DNA from: Utricularia gibba
Lineage: Eukaryota; Plantae; Magnoliophyta
Assembly (NCBI GenBank): GCA_002189035.1
Contig: NEEC01000243.1
Coordinates: forward strand, 1 to 49,235
Length of the DNA stretch: 49,235 bases
Direction: 5' to 3'
A model generated the notes under the pieces. The model did no database searches. It saw only the letters and a program-made list of their open reading frames with translations, and was not told where the DNA came from. Below, in pieces: positions 1-11,145 of the stretch. Position 1 is the first letter of the stretch, and each line of letters opens with the position of its first letter. The translations under genes and the position numbers were made by a program.

Positions 1-3000
1 AGGATGTCATGAGCACCCAAAATGGTTTTCTCACCGCATGCTTTATATCTGAGGAGGCGCTCTCGTGGGCAACGGTATCGAGAAGGAGGTCGAGTCGAGC
101 TCGGCCCATAGTCATTTGTGGCTCGGCAAAAAACTTGATGCATTTCTTAACGTTGGGTTTAATTGGCTGCCTACATGGTTTCTCAAGGAAAAGCTTGTCG
201 TTTTTGGGCGGTGATGTCGTTGTGAACTTCGTTCTGACCCAAGGTTCGGTCTGACTCCTTTGCCACATCGGGTCCTACTCGACGAAAATCGTGCTGCACT
301 TATTGAAGTTAGGATGTCATGAGCACCCAAAATGGTTTTCTCAACCGCATGCTTTATATCTGAGGAGGCGCTCTCGTGGGGCAACGGTATCGAGAAGGAG
401 GTCGAGTCGAGCTCGGGCCCATAGTCATTTGTGGCTCGGCAAAAAACTTGATGCATTTCTTAACGTTGGGTTTTAATTGGCTGCCTACATGGTTTCTCAA
501 GGAAAAGCTTGTCGTTTTTGGGCGGGTGATGTCGTTGTGAACTTCGTTCTGACCCAAGGTTCGGTCTGACTCCTTTGCCACATCGGGTCCTACTCGACGA
601 AATCGTGATGCACTTATTGAAGTTAGGATGTCATAGCACCCAAAATGGTTTTCTCAACCGCATGCTTTATATCTGAGGAGGCGCTCTCGTGGGGCAACGG
701 TATCGAGAAGGAGGTCGAGTCGAGCTCGGGCCCATAGTCATTTGTAGCTCGGCAAAAAACTTGATGCATTTCTTAACGTTGGGTTTTAATTGGCTGCCTA
801 CATGGTTTCTCAAGGAAAAGCTTGTCGTTTTTGGGCGGGTGATGTCGTTGTGAACTTCGTTCTGACCCAAGGTTCCTTGCCACATCGGGTCCTACTCGAC
901 GAAAATCGTGATGCACTTATTGAAGTTAGGATGTCATAAGCACCCAAAATGGTTTTCTCAACCGCATGCTTTATATCTGAGGAGGCGCTCTCGTGGGGCA
1001 ACGGTATCGAGAAGGAGGTCGAGTCGAGCTCGGGCCCATAGTCATTTGTGGCTCGGCAAAAAAACTTGATGCATTTCTTAACGTTGGGTTTTAATTGGCT
1101 GCCTACATGGTTTCTCAAGGAAAAGCTTGTCGTTTTTGGGCGGTGATGTCGTTGTGAACTTCGTTCTGACCCAAGGTTCGGTCTGACTCCTTTGCCACAT
1201 CGGGTCCTACTCGACGAAAATCGTGCTGCACTTATTGAAGTTAGGATGTCATGAGCACCCAAAATGGTTTTCTCAACCGCATGCTTTATATCTGAGGAGG
1301 CGCTCTCGTGGGGCAACGGTATCGAGCAGGTCGAGTCGAGCTCGGGCCCATAGTCATTTGTGCTCGGCAAAAAACTTGATGCATTTCTTAACGTTGGGTT
1401 TTAATTGGCTGCCTACATGGTTTCTCAAGGAAAAGCTTGTCGTTTTTGGGCGGTGATGTCGTTGTGAACTTCGTTCTGACCCAAGGTTCGGTCTGACTCC
1501 TTTGCCACATCGGGTCCTACTCGACGAAAATCGTGCTGCACTTATTGAAGTTAGGATGTCATGAGCACCCAAAATGGTTTTCTCAACCGCATGCTTTATA
1601 TCTGAGGAGGCGCTCTCGTGGGGCAACGGTATCGAGAAGGAGGTCGAGTCGAGCTCGGGCCCATAGTCATTTGTGGCTCGGCAAAAAACTTGATGCATTT
1701 CTTAACGTTGGGTTTAATTGGCTGCCTACATGGTTTCTCAAGGAAAAGCTTGTCGTTTTTGGGCGGTGATGTCGTTGTGAACTTCGTTCTGACCCAAGGT
1801 TCCTTTGCCACATCGGGTCCTACTCGACGAAAATCGTGCTGCACTTATTGAAGTTAGGATGTCATGAGCACCCAAAATGGTTTTCTCAACCGCATGCTTT
1901 ATATCTGAGGAGGCGCTCTCGTGGGGCAACGGTATCGAGAAGGAGGTCGAGTCGAGCTCGGGCCATAGTCATTTGTGGCTCGGCAAAAAACTTGATGCAT
2001 TTCTTAACGTTGGGTTTTAATTGGCTGCCTACATGGTTTCTCAAGGAAAAGCTTGTCGTTTTTGGGCGGTGATGTCGTTGTGAACTTCGTTCTGACCCAA
2101 GGTTCGGTCTGACTCCTTTGCCACATCGGGTCCTACTCGACGAAAATCGTGATGCACTTATTGAAGTTAGGATGTCATGAGCACCCAAAATGGTTTTCTC
2201 AACCGCATGCTTTATATCTGAGGAGGCGCTCTCGTGGGGCAACGGTATCGAGAGGAGGTCGAGTCGAGCTCGGGCCCATAGTCATTTGTGGCTCGGCAAA
2301 AAACTTGATGCATTTCTTAACGTTGGGTTTTAATTGGCTGCCTACATGGTTTCTCAAGGAAAAGCTTGTCGTTTTTGGGCGGTGATGTCGTTGTGAACTT
2401 CGTTCTGACCCAAGGTTCGGTCTGACTCCTTTGCCACATCGGGTCCTACTCGACGAAAATCGTGATGCACTTATTGAAGTTAGGATGTCATAAGCACCCA
2501 AAATGGTTTTCTCAACCGCATGCTTTATATCTGAGGAGGCTCTCTCGTGGGGCAACGGTATCGAGAAGGAGGTCGAGTCGAGCTCGGGCCCATAGTCATT
2601 TGTGCTCGGCAAAAAACTTGATGCATTTCTTAACGTTGGGTTTTAATTGGCTGCCTACATGGTTTCTCAAGGAAAAGCTTGTCGTTTTTGGGCGGGTGAT
2701 GTCGTTGTGAACTTCGTTCTGACCCAAGGTTCTTTGCCACATCGGGTCCTACTCGACGAAAATCGTGCTGCACTTATTGAAGTTAGGATGTCATGAGCAC
2801 CCAAAATGGTTTTCTCAACCGCATGCTTTATATCTTGAGGAGGCGCTCTCGTGGGGCAACGGTATCGAGAAGGAGGTCGAGTCGAGCTCGGGCCCATAGT
2901 CATTTGTGGCTCGGCAAAAAACTTGATGCATTTCTTAACGTTGGGTTTTAATTGGCTGCCTACATGGTTTCTCAAGGAAAAGCTTGTCGTTTTTGGGCGG

Positions 3001-6000
3001 GTGATGTCGTTGTGAACTTCGTTCTGACCCAAGGTTCTGACTCCTTTGCCACATCGGGTCCTACTCGACGAAAATCGTGCTGCACTTATTGAAGTTAGGA
3101 TGTCATGAGCACCCAAAATGGTTTTCTCAACCGCATGCTTTATATCTGAGGAGGCGCTCTCGTGGGGCAACGGTATCGAGAAGGAGGTCGAGTCGAGCTC
3201 GGGCCCATAGTCATTTGTAGCTCGGCAAAAAACTTGATGCATTTCTTAACGTTGGGTTTTAATTGGCTGCCTACATGGTTTCTCAAGGAAAAGCTTGTCG
3301 TTTTTGGGCGGGTGATGTCGTTGTGAACTTCGTTCTGACCCAAGGTTCCTTTGACTCGGGTCCTACTCGACGAAAATCGTGCTGCACTTATTGAAGTTAG
3401 GATGTCATGAGCACCCAAAATGGTTTTCTCAACCGCATGCTTTATATCTGAGGAGGCGCTCTCGTGGGGCAACGGTATCGAGAAGGAGGTCGAGTCGAGC
3501 TCGGGCCCATAGTCATTTGTGGCTCGGCAAAAAACTTGATGCATTTCTTAACGTTGGGTTTTAATTGGCTGCCTACATGGTTTCTCAAGGAAAAGCTTGT
3601 CGTTTTTGGGCGGTGATGTCGTTGTGAACTTCGTTCTGACCCAAGGTTCGGTCTGACTCCTTTGCCACATCGGGTCCTACTCGACGAAAATCGTGCTGCA
3701 CTTATTGAAGTTAGGATGTCATGAGCACCCAAAAATGGTTTTCTCAACCGCATGCTTTATATCTGAGGAGGCGCTCTCGTGGGCAACGGTATCGAGAAGG
3801 AGGTCGAGTCGAGCTCGGGCCCATAGTCATTTGTGGCTCGGCAAAAAACTTGATGCATTTCTTAACGTTGGGTTTTAATTGGCTGCCTACATGGTTTCTC
3901 AAGGAAAAGCTTGTCGTTTTTGGGGGTGATGTCGTTGTGAACTTCGTTCTGACCCAAGGTTCTGACTCCTTTGCCACATCGGGTCCTACTCGACGAAAAT
4001 CGTGATGCACTTATTGAAGTTAGGATGTCATGAGCACCCAAAATGGTTTTCTCAACCGCATGCTTTATATCTGAGGAGGCGCTCTCGTGGGGCAACGGTA
4101 TCGAGAAGGAGGTCGAGTCGAGCTCGGGCCCATAGTCATTTGTGGCTCGGCAAAAAACTTGATGCATTTCTTAACGTTGGGTTTTAATTGGCTGCCTACA
4201 TGGTTTCTCAAGGAAAAGCTTGTCGTTTTTGGGCGGGTGATGTCGTTGTGAACTTCGTTCTGACCCAAGGTTCCTTTGCCACATCGGGTCCTACTCGACG
4301 AAAATCGTGCTGCACTTATTGAAGTTAGGATGTCATGAGCACCCAAAATGGTTTTCTCAACCGCATGCTTTATATCTGAGGAGGCGCTCTCGTGGGGCAA
4401 CGGTATCGAGAAGGAGGTCGAGTCGAGCTCGGGCCCATAGTCATTTGTGCTCGGCAAAAAACTTGATGCATTTCTTAACGTTGGGTTTTAATTGGCTGCC
4501 TACATGGTTTCTCAAGGAAAAGCTTGTCGTTTTTGGGCGGGTGATGTCGTTGTGAACTTCGTTCTGACCCAAGGTTCCTTTGCCACATCGGGTCCTACTC
4601 GACGAAAATCGTGATGCACTTATTGAAGTTAGGATGTCATAGCACCCAAAATGGTTTTCTCAACCGCATGCTTTATATCTGAGGAGGCGCTCTCGTGGGG
4701 CAACGGTATCGAGAAGGAGGTCGAGTCGAGCTCGGGCCCATAGTCATTTGTGGCTCGGCAAAAAACTTGATGCATTTCTTAACGTTGGGTTTTAATTGGC
4801 TGCCTACATGGTTTCTCAAGGAAAAGCTTGTCGTTTTTGGGCGGTGATGTCGTTGTGAACTTCGTTCTGACCCAAGGTTCGGTCTGACTCCTTTGCCACA
4901 TCGGGTCCTACTCGACGAAAATCGTGCTGCACTTATTGAAGTTAGGATGTCATGAGCACCCAAAATGGTTTTCTCAACCGCATGCTTTATATCTGAGGAG
5001 GCGCTCTCGTGGGGCAACGGTATCGAGAAGGAGGTCGAGTCGAGCTCGGGCCCATAGTCATTTGTGGCTCGGCAAAAAACTTGATGCATTTCTTAACGTT
5101 GGGTTTTAATTGGCTGCCTACATGGTTTCTCAAGGAAAAGCTTGTCGTTTTTGGGCGGTGATGTCGTTGTGAACTTCGTTCTGACCCAAGGTTCTGACTC
5201 CTTTGCCACATCGGGTCCTACTCGACGAAAATCGTGCTGCACTTATTGAAGTTAGGATGTCATGAGCACCAAAATGGTTTTCTCAACCGCATGCTTATAT
5301 TGAGGAGGCGCTCTCGTGGGGCAACGGTATCGAGAAGGAGGTCGAGTCGAGCTCGGGCCCATAGTCATTTGTGCTCGGCAAAAAACTTGATGCATTTCTT
5401 AACGTTGGGTTTTAATTGGCTGCCTACATGGTTTCTCAAGGAAAAGCTTGTCGTTTTTGGGCGGTGATGTCGTTGTGAACTTCGTTCTGACCCAAGGTTC
5501 CTGACTCCTTTGCCACATCGGGTCCTACTCGACGAAAATCGTGATGCACTTATTGAAGTTAGGATGTCATGAGCACCCAAAATGGTTTTCTCAACCGCAT
5601 GCTTTATATCTGAGGAGGCGCTCTCGTGGGGCAACGGTATCGAGAAGGAGGTCGAGTCGAGCTCGGGCCCATAGTCATTTGTGCTCGGCAAAAAACTTGA
5701 TGCATTTCTTAACGTTGGGTTTTAATTGGCTGCCTACATGGTTTCTCAAGGAAAAGCTTGTCGTTTTTGGGCGGGTGATGTCGTTGTGAACTTCGTTCTG
5801 ACCCAAGGTTCCTTTGCCACATCGGGTCCTACTCGACGAAAATCGTGCTGCACTTATTGAAGTTAGGATGTCATGAGCACCCAAAATGGTTTTCTCAACC
5901 GCATGCTTTATATCTGAGGAGGCGCTCTCGTGGGGCAACGGTATCGAGAAGGAGGTCGAGTCGAGCTCGGGCCCATAGTCATTTGTGGCTCGGCAAAAAA

Positions 6001-7401
6001 CTTGATGCATTTCTTAACGTTGGGTTTTAATTGGCTGCCTACATGGTTTCTCAAGGAAAAGCTTGTCGTTTTTGGGCGGTGATGTCGTTGTGAACTTCGT
6101 TCTGACCCAAGGTTCGGTCTGACTCCTTTGCCACATCGGGTCCTACTCGACGAAAATCGTGCTGCACTTATTGAAGTTAGGATGTCATGAGCACCCAAAA
6201 TGGTTTTCTCAACCGCATGCTTTATATCTGAGGAGGCGCTCTCGTGGGGCAACGGTATCGAGAAGGAGGTCGAGTCGAGCTCGGGCCCATAGTCATTTGT
6301 GGCTCGGCAAAAAACTTGATGCATTTCTTAACGTTGGGTTTTAATTGGCTGCCTACATGGTTTCTCAAGGAAAAGCTTGTCGTTTTTGGGGGATGTCGTT
6401 GTGAACTTCGTTCTGACCCAAGGTTCTGACTCCTTTGCCACATCGGGTCCTACTCGACGAAAATCGTGATGCACTTATTGAAGTTAGGATGTCATGAGCA
6501 CCCAAAATGGTTTTCTCAACCGCATGCTTTATATCTGAGGAGGCGCTCTCGTGGGGCAACGGTATCGAGAAGGAGGTCGAGTCGAGCTCGGGCCCATAGT
6601 CATTTGTGCTCGGCAAAAAACTTGATGCATTTCTTAACGTTGGGTTTTAATTGGCTGCCTACATGGTTTCTCAAGGAAAAGCTTGTCGTTTTTGGGCGGT
6701 GATGTCGTTGTGAACTTCGTTCTGACCCAAGGTTCCTTTGCCACATCGGGTCCTACTCGACGAAAATCGTGCTGCACTTATTGAAGTTAGGATGTCATGA
6801 GCACCCAAAATGGTTTTCTCAACCGCATGCTTTATATCTGAGGAGGCGCTCTCGTGGGGCAACGGTATCGAGAAGGAGGTCGAGTCGAGCTCGGCCCATA
6901 GTCATTTGTGCTCGGCAAAAAACTTGATGCATTTCTTAACGTTGGGTTTTAATTGGCTGCCTACATGGTTTCTCAAGGAAAAGCTTGTCGTTTTTGGGCG
7001 GTGATGTCGTTGTGAACTTCGTTCTGACCCAAGGTTCCTTTGCCACATCGGGTCCTACTCGACGAAAATCGTGCTGCACTTATTGAAGTTAGGATGTCAT
7101 GAGCACCCAAAATGGTTTTCTCAACCGCATGCTTTATATCTGAGGAGGCGCTCTCGTGGGCAACGGTATCGAGAAGGAGGTCGAGTCGAGCTCGGGCCCA
7201 TAGTCATTTGTGGCTCGGCAAAAAACTTGATGCATTTCTTAACGTTGGGTTTTAATTGGCTGCCTACATGGTTTCTCAAGGAAAAGCTTGTCGTTTTTGG
7301 GCGGTGATGTCGTTGTGAACTTCGTTCTGACCCAAGGTTCTTGCCACATCGGGTCCTACTCGACGAAAATCGTGCTGCACTTATTGAAGTTAGGATGTCA
7401 T

Positions 7402-7540
7402 ACGGTATCGAGAAGGGTCGAGTCGAGCTCGGGCCCATAGTCATTTGTAGCTTTCGGCTGAGGAAGGAACTTGATGCGTGGGCTTAACGTATCGAAGGAG
7501 GTTGGCTGAGTACATGCTCGTCATAGTCAAAGTCTTGTCT
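7402..7540. other. Disrupted monomer: ~63-bp skip followed by a scrambled mosaic of monomer-derived words
   Basis: GTCAT at 7397-7401 joins directly to ACGGTATCG (monomer pos 74). 7452-7538 consists of short out-of-order monomer fragments. Confidence 0.7.
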
Positions 7541-10245
7541 CGGCAAAAAACTTGATGCATTTCTTAACGTTGGTTTTAATTGGCTGCCTACATGGTTTCT
7601 CAAGGAAAAGCTTGTCGTTTTTGGGCGGTGATGTCGTTGTGAACTTCGTTCTGACCCAAGGTTCGTTTTTGCCACATCGGGTCCTACTCGACGAAAATCG
7701 TGCTGCACTTATTGAATTAGGATGTCATGAGCACCCAAAATGGTTTTCTCAACCGCATGCTTTATATCTGAGGAGGCGCTCTCGTGGGGCAACGGTATCG
7801 AGAAGGAGGTCGAGTCGAGCTCGGCCATAGTCATTTGTGCTCGGCAAAAAACTTGATGCATTTCTTAACGTTGGTTTTAATTGGCTGCCTACATGGTTTC
7901 TCAAGGAAAAGCTTGTCGTTTTTGGGCGGTGATGTCGTTGTGAACTTCGTTCTGACCCAAGGGTCTGACTCCTTTGCCACATCGGGTCCTACTCGACGAA
8001 AATCGTCACTTATTGAAGTTAGGATGTCATAGCACCCAAAATGTTTTCTCAACCGCATGCTTTATATTGAGGAGGCGCTCTCGTGGGCAACGGTATCGAG
8101 AAGGAGGTCGAGTCGAGCTCGGGCCCATAGTCATTTGTGCTCGGCAAAAAACTTGATGCATTTCTTAACGTTGGGTTTTAATTGGCTGCCTACATGGTTT
8201 CTCAAGGAAAAGCTTGTCGTTTTTGGGCGGTGATGTCGTTGTGAACTTCGTTCTGACCCAAGGTTCCTTTGCCACATCGGGTCCTACTCGACGAAAATCG
8301 TGATGCACTTATTGAAGTTAGGATGTCATAAGCACCCAAAATGGTTTTCTCAACCGCATGCTTTATATCTGAGGAGGCGCTCTCGTGGGCAACGGTATCG
8401 AGAAGGAGGTCGAGTCGAGCTCGGGCCCATAGTCATTTGTAGCTCGGCAAAAAACTTGATGCATTTCTTAACGTTGGTTTTAATTGGCTGCCTACATGGT
8501 TTCTCAAGGAAAAGCTTGTCGTTTTTGGGCGGTGATGTCGTTGTGAACTTCGTTCTGACCCAAGGTTCCTTTTGCCACATCGGGTCCTACTCGACGAAAT
8601 CGTGCTGCACTTATTGAAGTTAGGATGTCATGAGCACCCAAAATGGTTTTCTCAACCGCATGCTTTATATCTGAGAGGCGCTCTCGTGGGGCAACGGTAT
8701 CGAGAAGGGGTCGAGTCGAGCTCGGGCCCATAGTCATTTGTGGCTCGGCAAAAAACTTGATGCATTTCTTAACGTTGGGTTTTAATTGGCTGCCTACATG
8801 GTTTCTCAAGGAAAAGCTTGTCGTTTTTGGGCGGTGATGTCTTGTGAACTTCGTTCTGACCCAAGGTTCCTTTGCCACATCGGGTCCTACTCGACGAAAA
8901 TCGTGCTGCACTTATTGAAGTTAGGATGTCATGAGCACCCAAAATGGTTTTCTCAACCGCATGCTTTATATCTGAGGAGGCGCTCTCGTGGCAACGGTAT
9001 CGAGAAGGAGGTCGAGTCGAGCTCGGGCCCATAGTCATTTGTGGCTCGGCAAAAAACTTGATGCATTTCTTAACGTTGGGTTTTAATTGGCTGCCTACAT
9101 GGTTTCTCAAGGAAAAGCTTGTTTTTTGGGCGGTGATGTCGTTGTGAACTTCGTTCTGACCAAGTTCGGTCTGACTCCTTTGCCACATCGGGTCCTACTC
9201 GACGAAAATCGTGCTGCACTTATTGAAGTTAGGATGTCATGAGCACCCAAAATGGTTTTCTCAACCGCATGCTTTATATCTGAGAGGCGCTCTCGTGGGG
9301 CAACGGTATCGAGAAGGAGGTCGAGTCGAGCTCGGGCCCATAGTCATTTGTGGCTCGGCAAAAAACTTGATGCATTTCTTAACGTTGGGTTTTAATTGGC
9401 TGCCTACATGGTTTCTCAAGGAAAAGCTTGTCGTTTTTGGGCGGTGATGTCGTTGTGACTTCGTTCTGACCCAAGGTTCGGTCTGACTCCTTTGCCACAT
9501 CGGGTCCTACTCGACGAAAATCGTGCTGCACTTATTGAAGTTAGGATGTCATGAGCACCCAAAATGGTTTTCTCAACCGCATGCTTTATATCTGAGGAGG
9601 CTCTCTCGTGGGCAACGGTATCGAAAGAGGTCGAGTCGAGCTCGGGCCCATAGTCATTTGTGCTCGGCAAAAAACTTGATGCATTTCTTAACGTTGGGTT
9701 TTAATTGGCTGCCTACATGGTTTCTCAAGGAAAAGCTTGTCGTTTTGGCGGTGATGTCGTTGTGAACTTCGTTCTGACCCAAGGTTCCTTTGCCACATCG
9801 GGTCCTACTCGACGAAAATCGTGCTGCACTTATTGAAGTTAGGATGTCATAGCACCCAAAATGGTTTTCTCAACCGCATGCTTTATATCTGAGGAGGCGC
9901 TCTCGTGGGCAACGGTATCGAGAAGGAGGTCGAGTCGAGCTCGGGCCCATAGTCATTTGTGGCTCGGCAAAAAACTTGATGCATTCTTAACGTTGGTTTT
10001 AATTGGCTGCCTACATGGTTTCTCAAGGAAAAGCTTGTCGTTTTTGGGCGTGATGTCGTTGTGAACTTCGTTCTGACCCAAGGTTCCTTTTGCCACATCG
10101 GGTCCTACTCGACGAAAATCGTGCTGCACTTATTGAAGTTAGGATGTCATGAGCACCCAAAATGGTTTTCTCAACCGCATGCTTTATATCTGAGGAGGCG
10201 CTCTCGTGGCAACGGTATCGAGAAGGAGGTCGAGTCGAGCTCGGG

Positions 10246-11145
10246 CTTGTCGTTTTTGTTGGCGGGTGATGTCGTTGTGAAACTTCGTTCTGACCAACAA
10301 GGTCATTCTGACTTAACCTTTGGGTCGGGTAATTAGCTCGCCTACATGAAAATTCGTGAAACAGCTTTGTCGTTTTTGGGGTGATGTCGTTGTGAACTTC
10401 GTTCTGACCAAGGTCTGACTCCTTTGCCACATCGGGTCCTACTCGACGAAAATCGTGACCACAAAATGGTTTTCTCAACCGCATGCTTTATATTGAGGAG
10501 GCGCTCTCGTGGGGCAACGGTATCGAGAAGGAGGTCGAGTCGAGCTCGGGCCCATAGTCATTTGTAGCTCGGCAAAAAACTTGATGCATTTCTTAACGTT
10601 GGTTTTAATTGGCTGCCTACATGGTTTCTCAAGGAAAAGCTTGTCGTTTTTGGGCGGGTGATGTCGTTTGTGAACTTCGTTCTGACCCAAGGTTCCTTTG
10701 CCACATCGGGTCCTACTCGACGAAAATCGTGCTCTCACTGGGCATTGAAGTAGGATCGAGAAGAGGTCGAGTCGAGCTCGGGCCCATAGTCATTTGTGGC
10801 TCGGCAAAAAACTTGATGCATTTCTTAACGTTGGGTTTTAATTGGCTGCCTACATGGTTTCTCAAGGAAAAGCTTGTCGTTTTTGGCGGGTGATGTCGTT
10901 GTGAACTTCGTTCTGACCCAACTTTTGACATCGGCGCTCCGTGGGACGAACGGTATCGAGAAGGAGGTCGAGTCGAGCTCGGGCCCATAGTCATTTGTAT
11001 TGAAGTTAGGAAAAAACTTGATGCATTCCTTAACGTTTTCGTTTTACTGCCTACATGCTTTATATCTGAGGAGGCGCTCTCGTGGGCAACGGTATCGAGA
11101 AGGAGGTCGAGTCGAGCTCGGGCCCATAGTCATTTGTCGTTTTTG
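10246..11145. other. Cluster of register jumps and scrambled patches within the array
   Basis: Jumps or mosaics occur at ~10246, 10290-10370, ~10458, 10731-10760, 10920-10950, 10998-11060 and ~11136. Confidence 0.7.

Noticed and set aside
409-420. Synthetic polylinker or vector origin (adjacent SacI-ApaI sites, plus SphI, NsiI, AclI, HindIII and BspHI)
   Set aside because: Seven 6-bp palindromes in 315 bp is close to the ~5 expected by chance. They are dispersed rather than in a known MCS order, and the monomer shows natural subunit divergence and polymorphism.
441-519. Phased A-tract bent-DNA element
   Set aside because: A/T runs centred near pos 133, 147, 162, 184, 194 and 207 have irregular spacings of about 10-22 bp. 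There is no sustained 10.5-bp phasing by eye.
558-573. tRNA-like or Pol III B-box motif (GGTTCGGTCTGACTCC resembles GGTTCGACTCC)
   Set aside because: The match requires a 5-nt insertion, there is no A-box or cloverleaf upstream, and the motif is deleted in the common 305-bp class.
360-602. Hammerhead ribozyme, suggested by CTGAGGAG (360-367) and GACGAAA (596-602); hammerheads are known in newt, schistosome and cave-cricket satellites
   Set aside because: I could not build stems I-III around the core: stem II has a mismatch at its second pair and would enclose ~230 nt, and there is no suitably placed NUH site. The X subtype mutates the motif to TTGATAAG, and the minus strand has no CTGANGA. 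An Infernal search with the Rfam hammerhead models would settle it.
928-945. 5S rDNA repeat, suggested by unit length and by GGATGTCATAAGCAC resembling the start of plant 5S rRNA
   Set aside because: The resemblance needs gaps and stops after ~15 nt. There is no 120-nt 5S body, internal control region or T-run terminator at the right distance.
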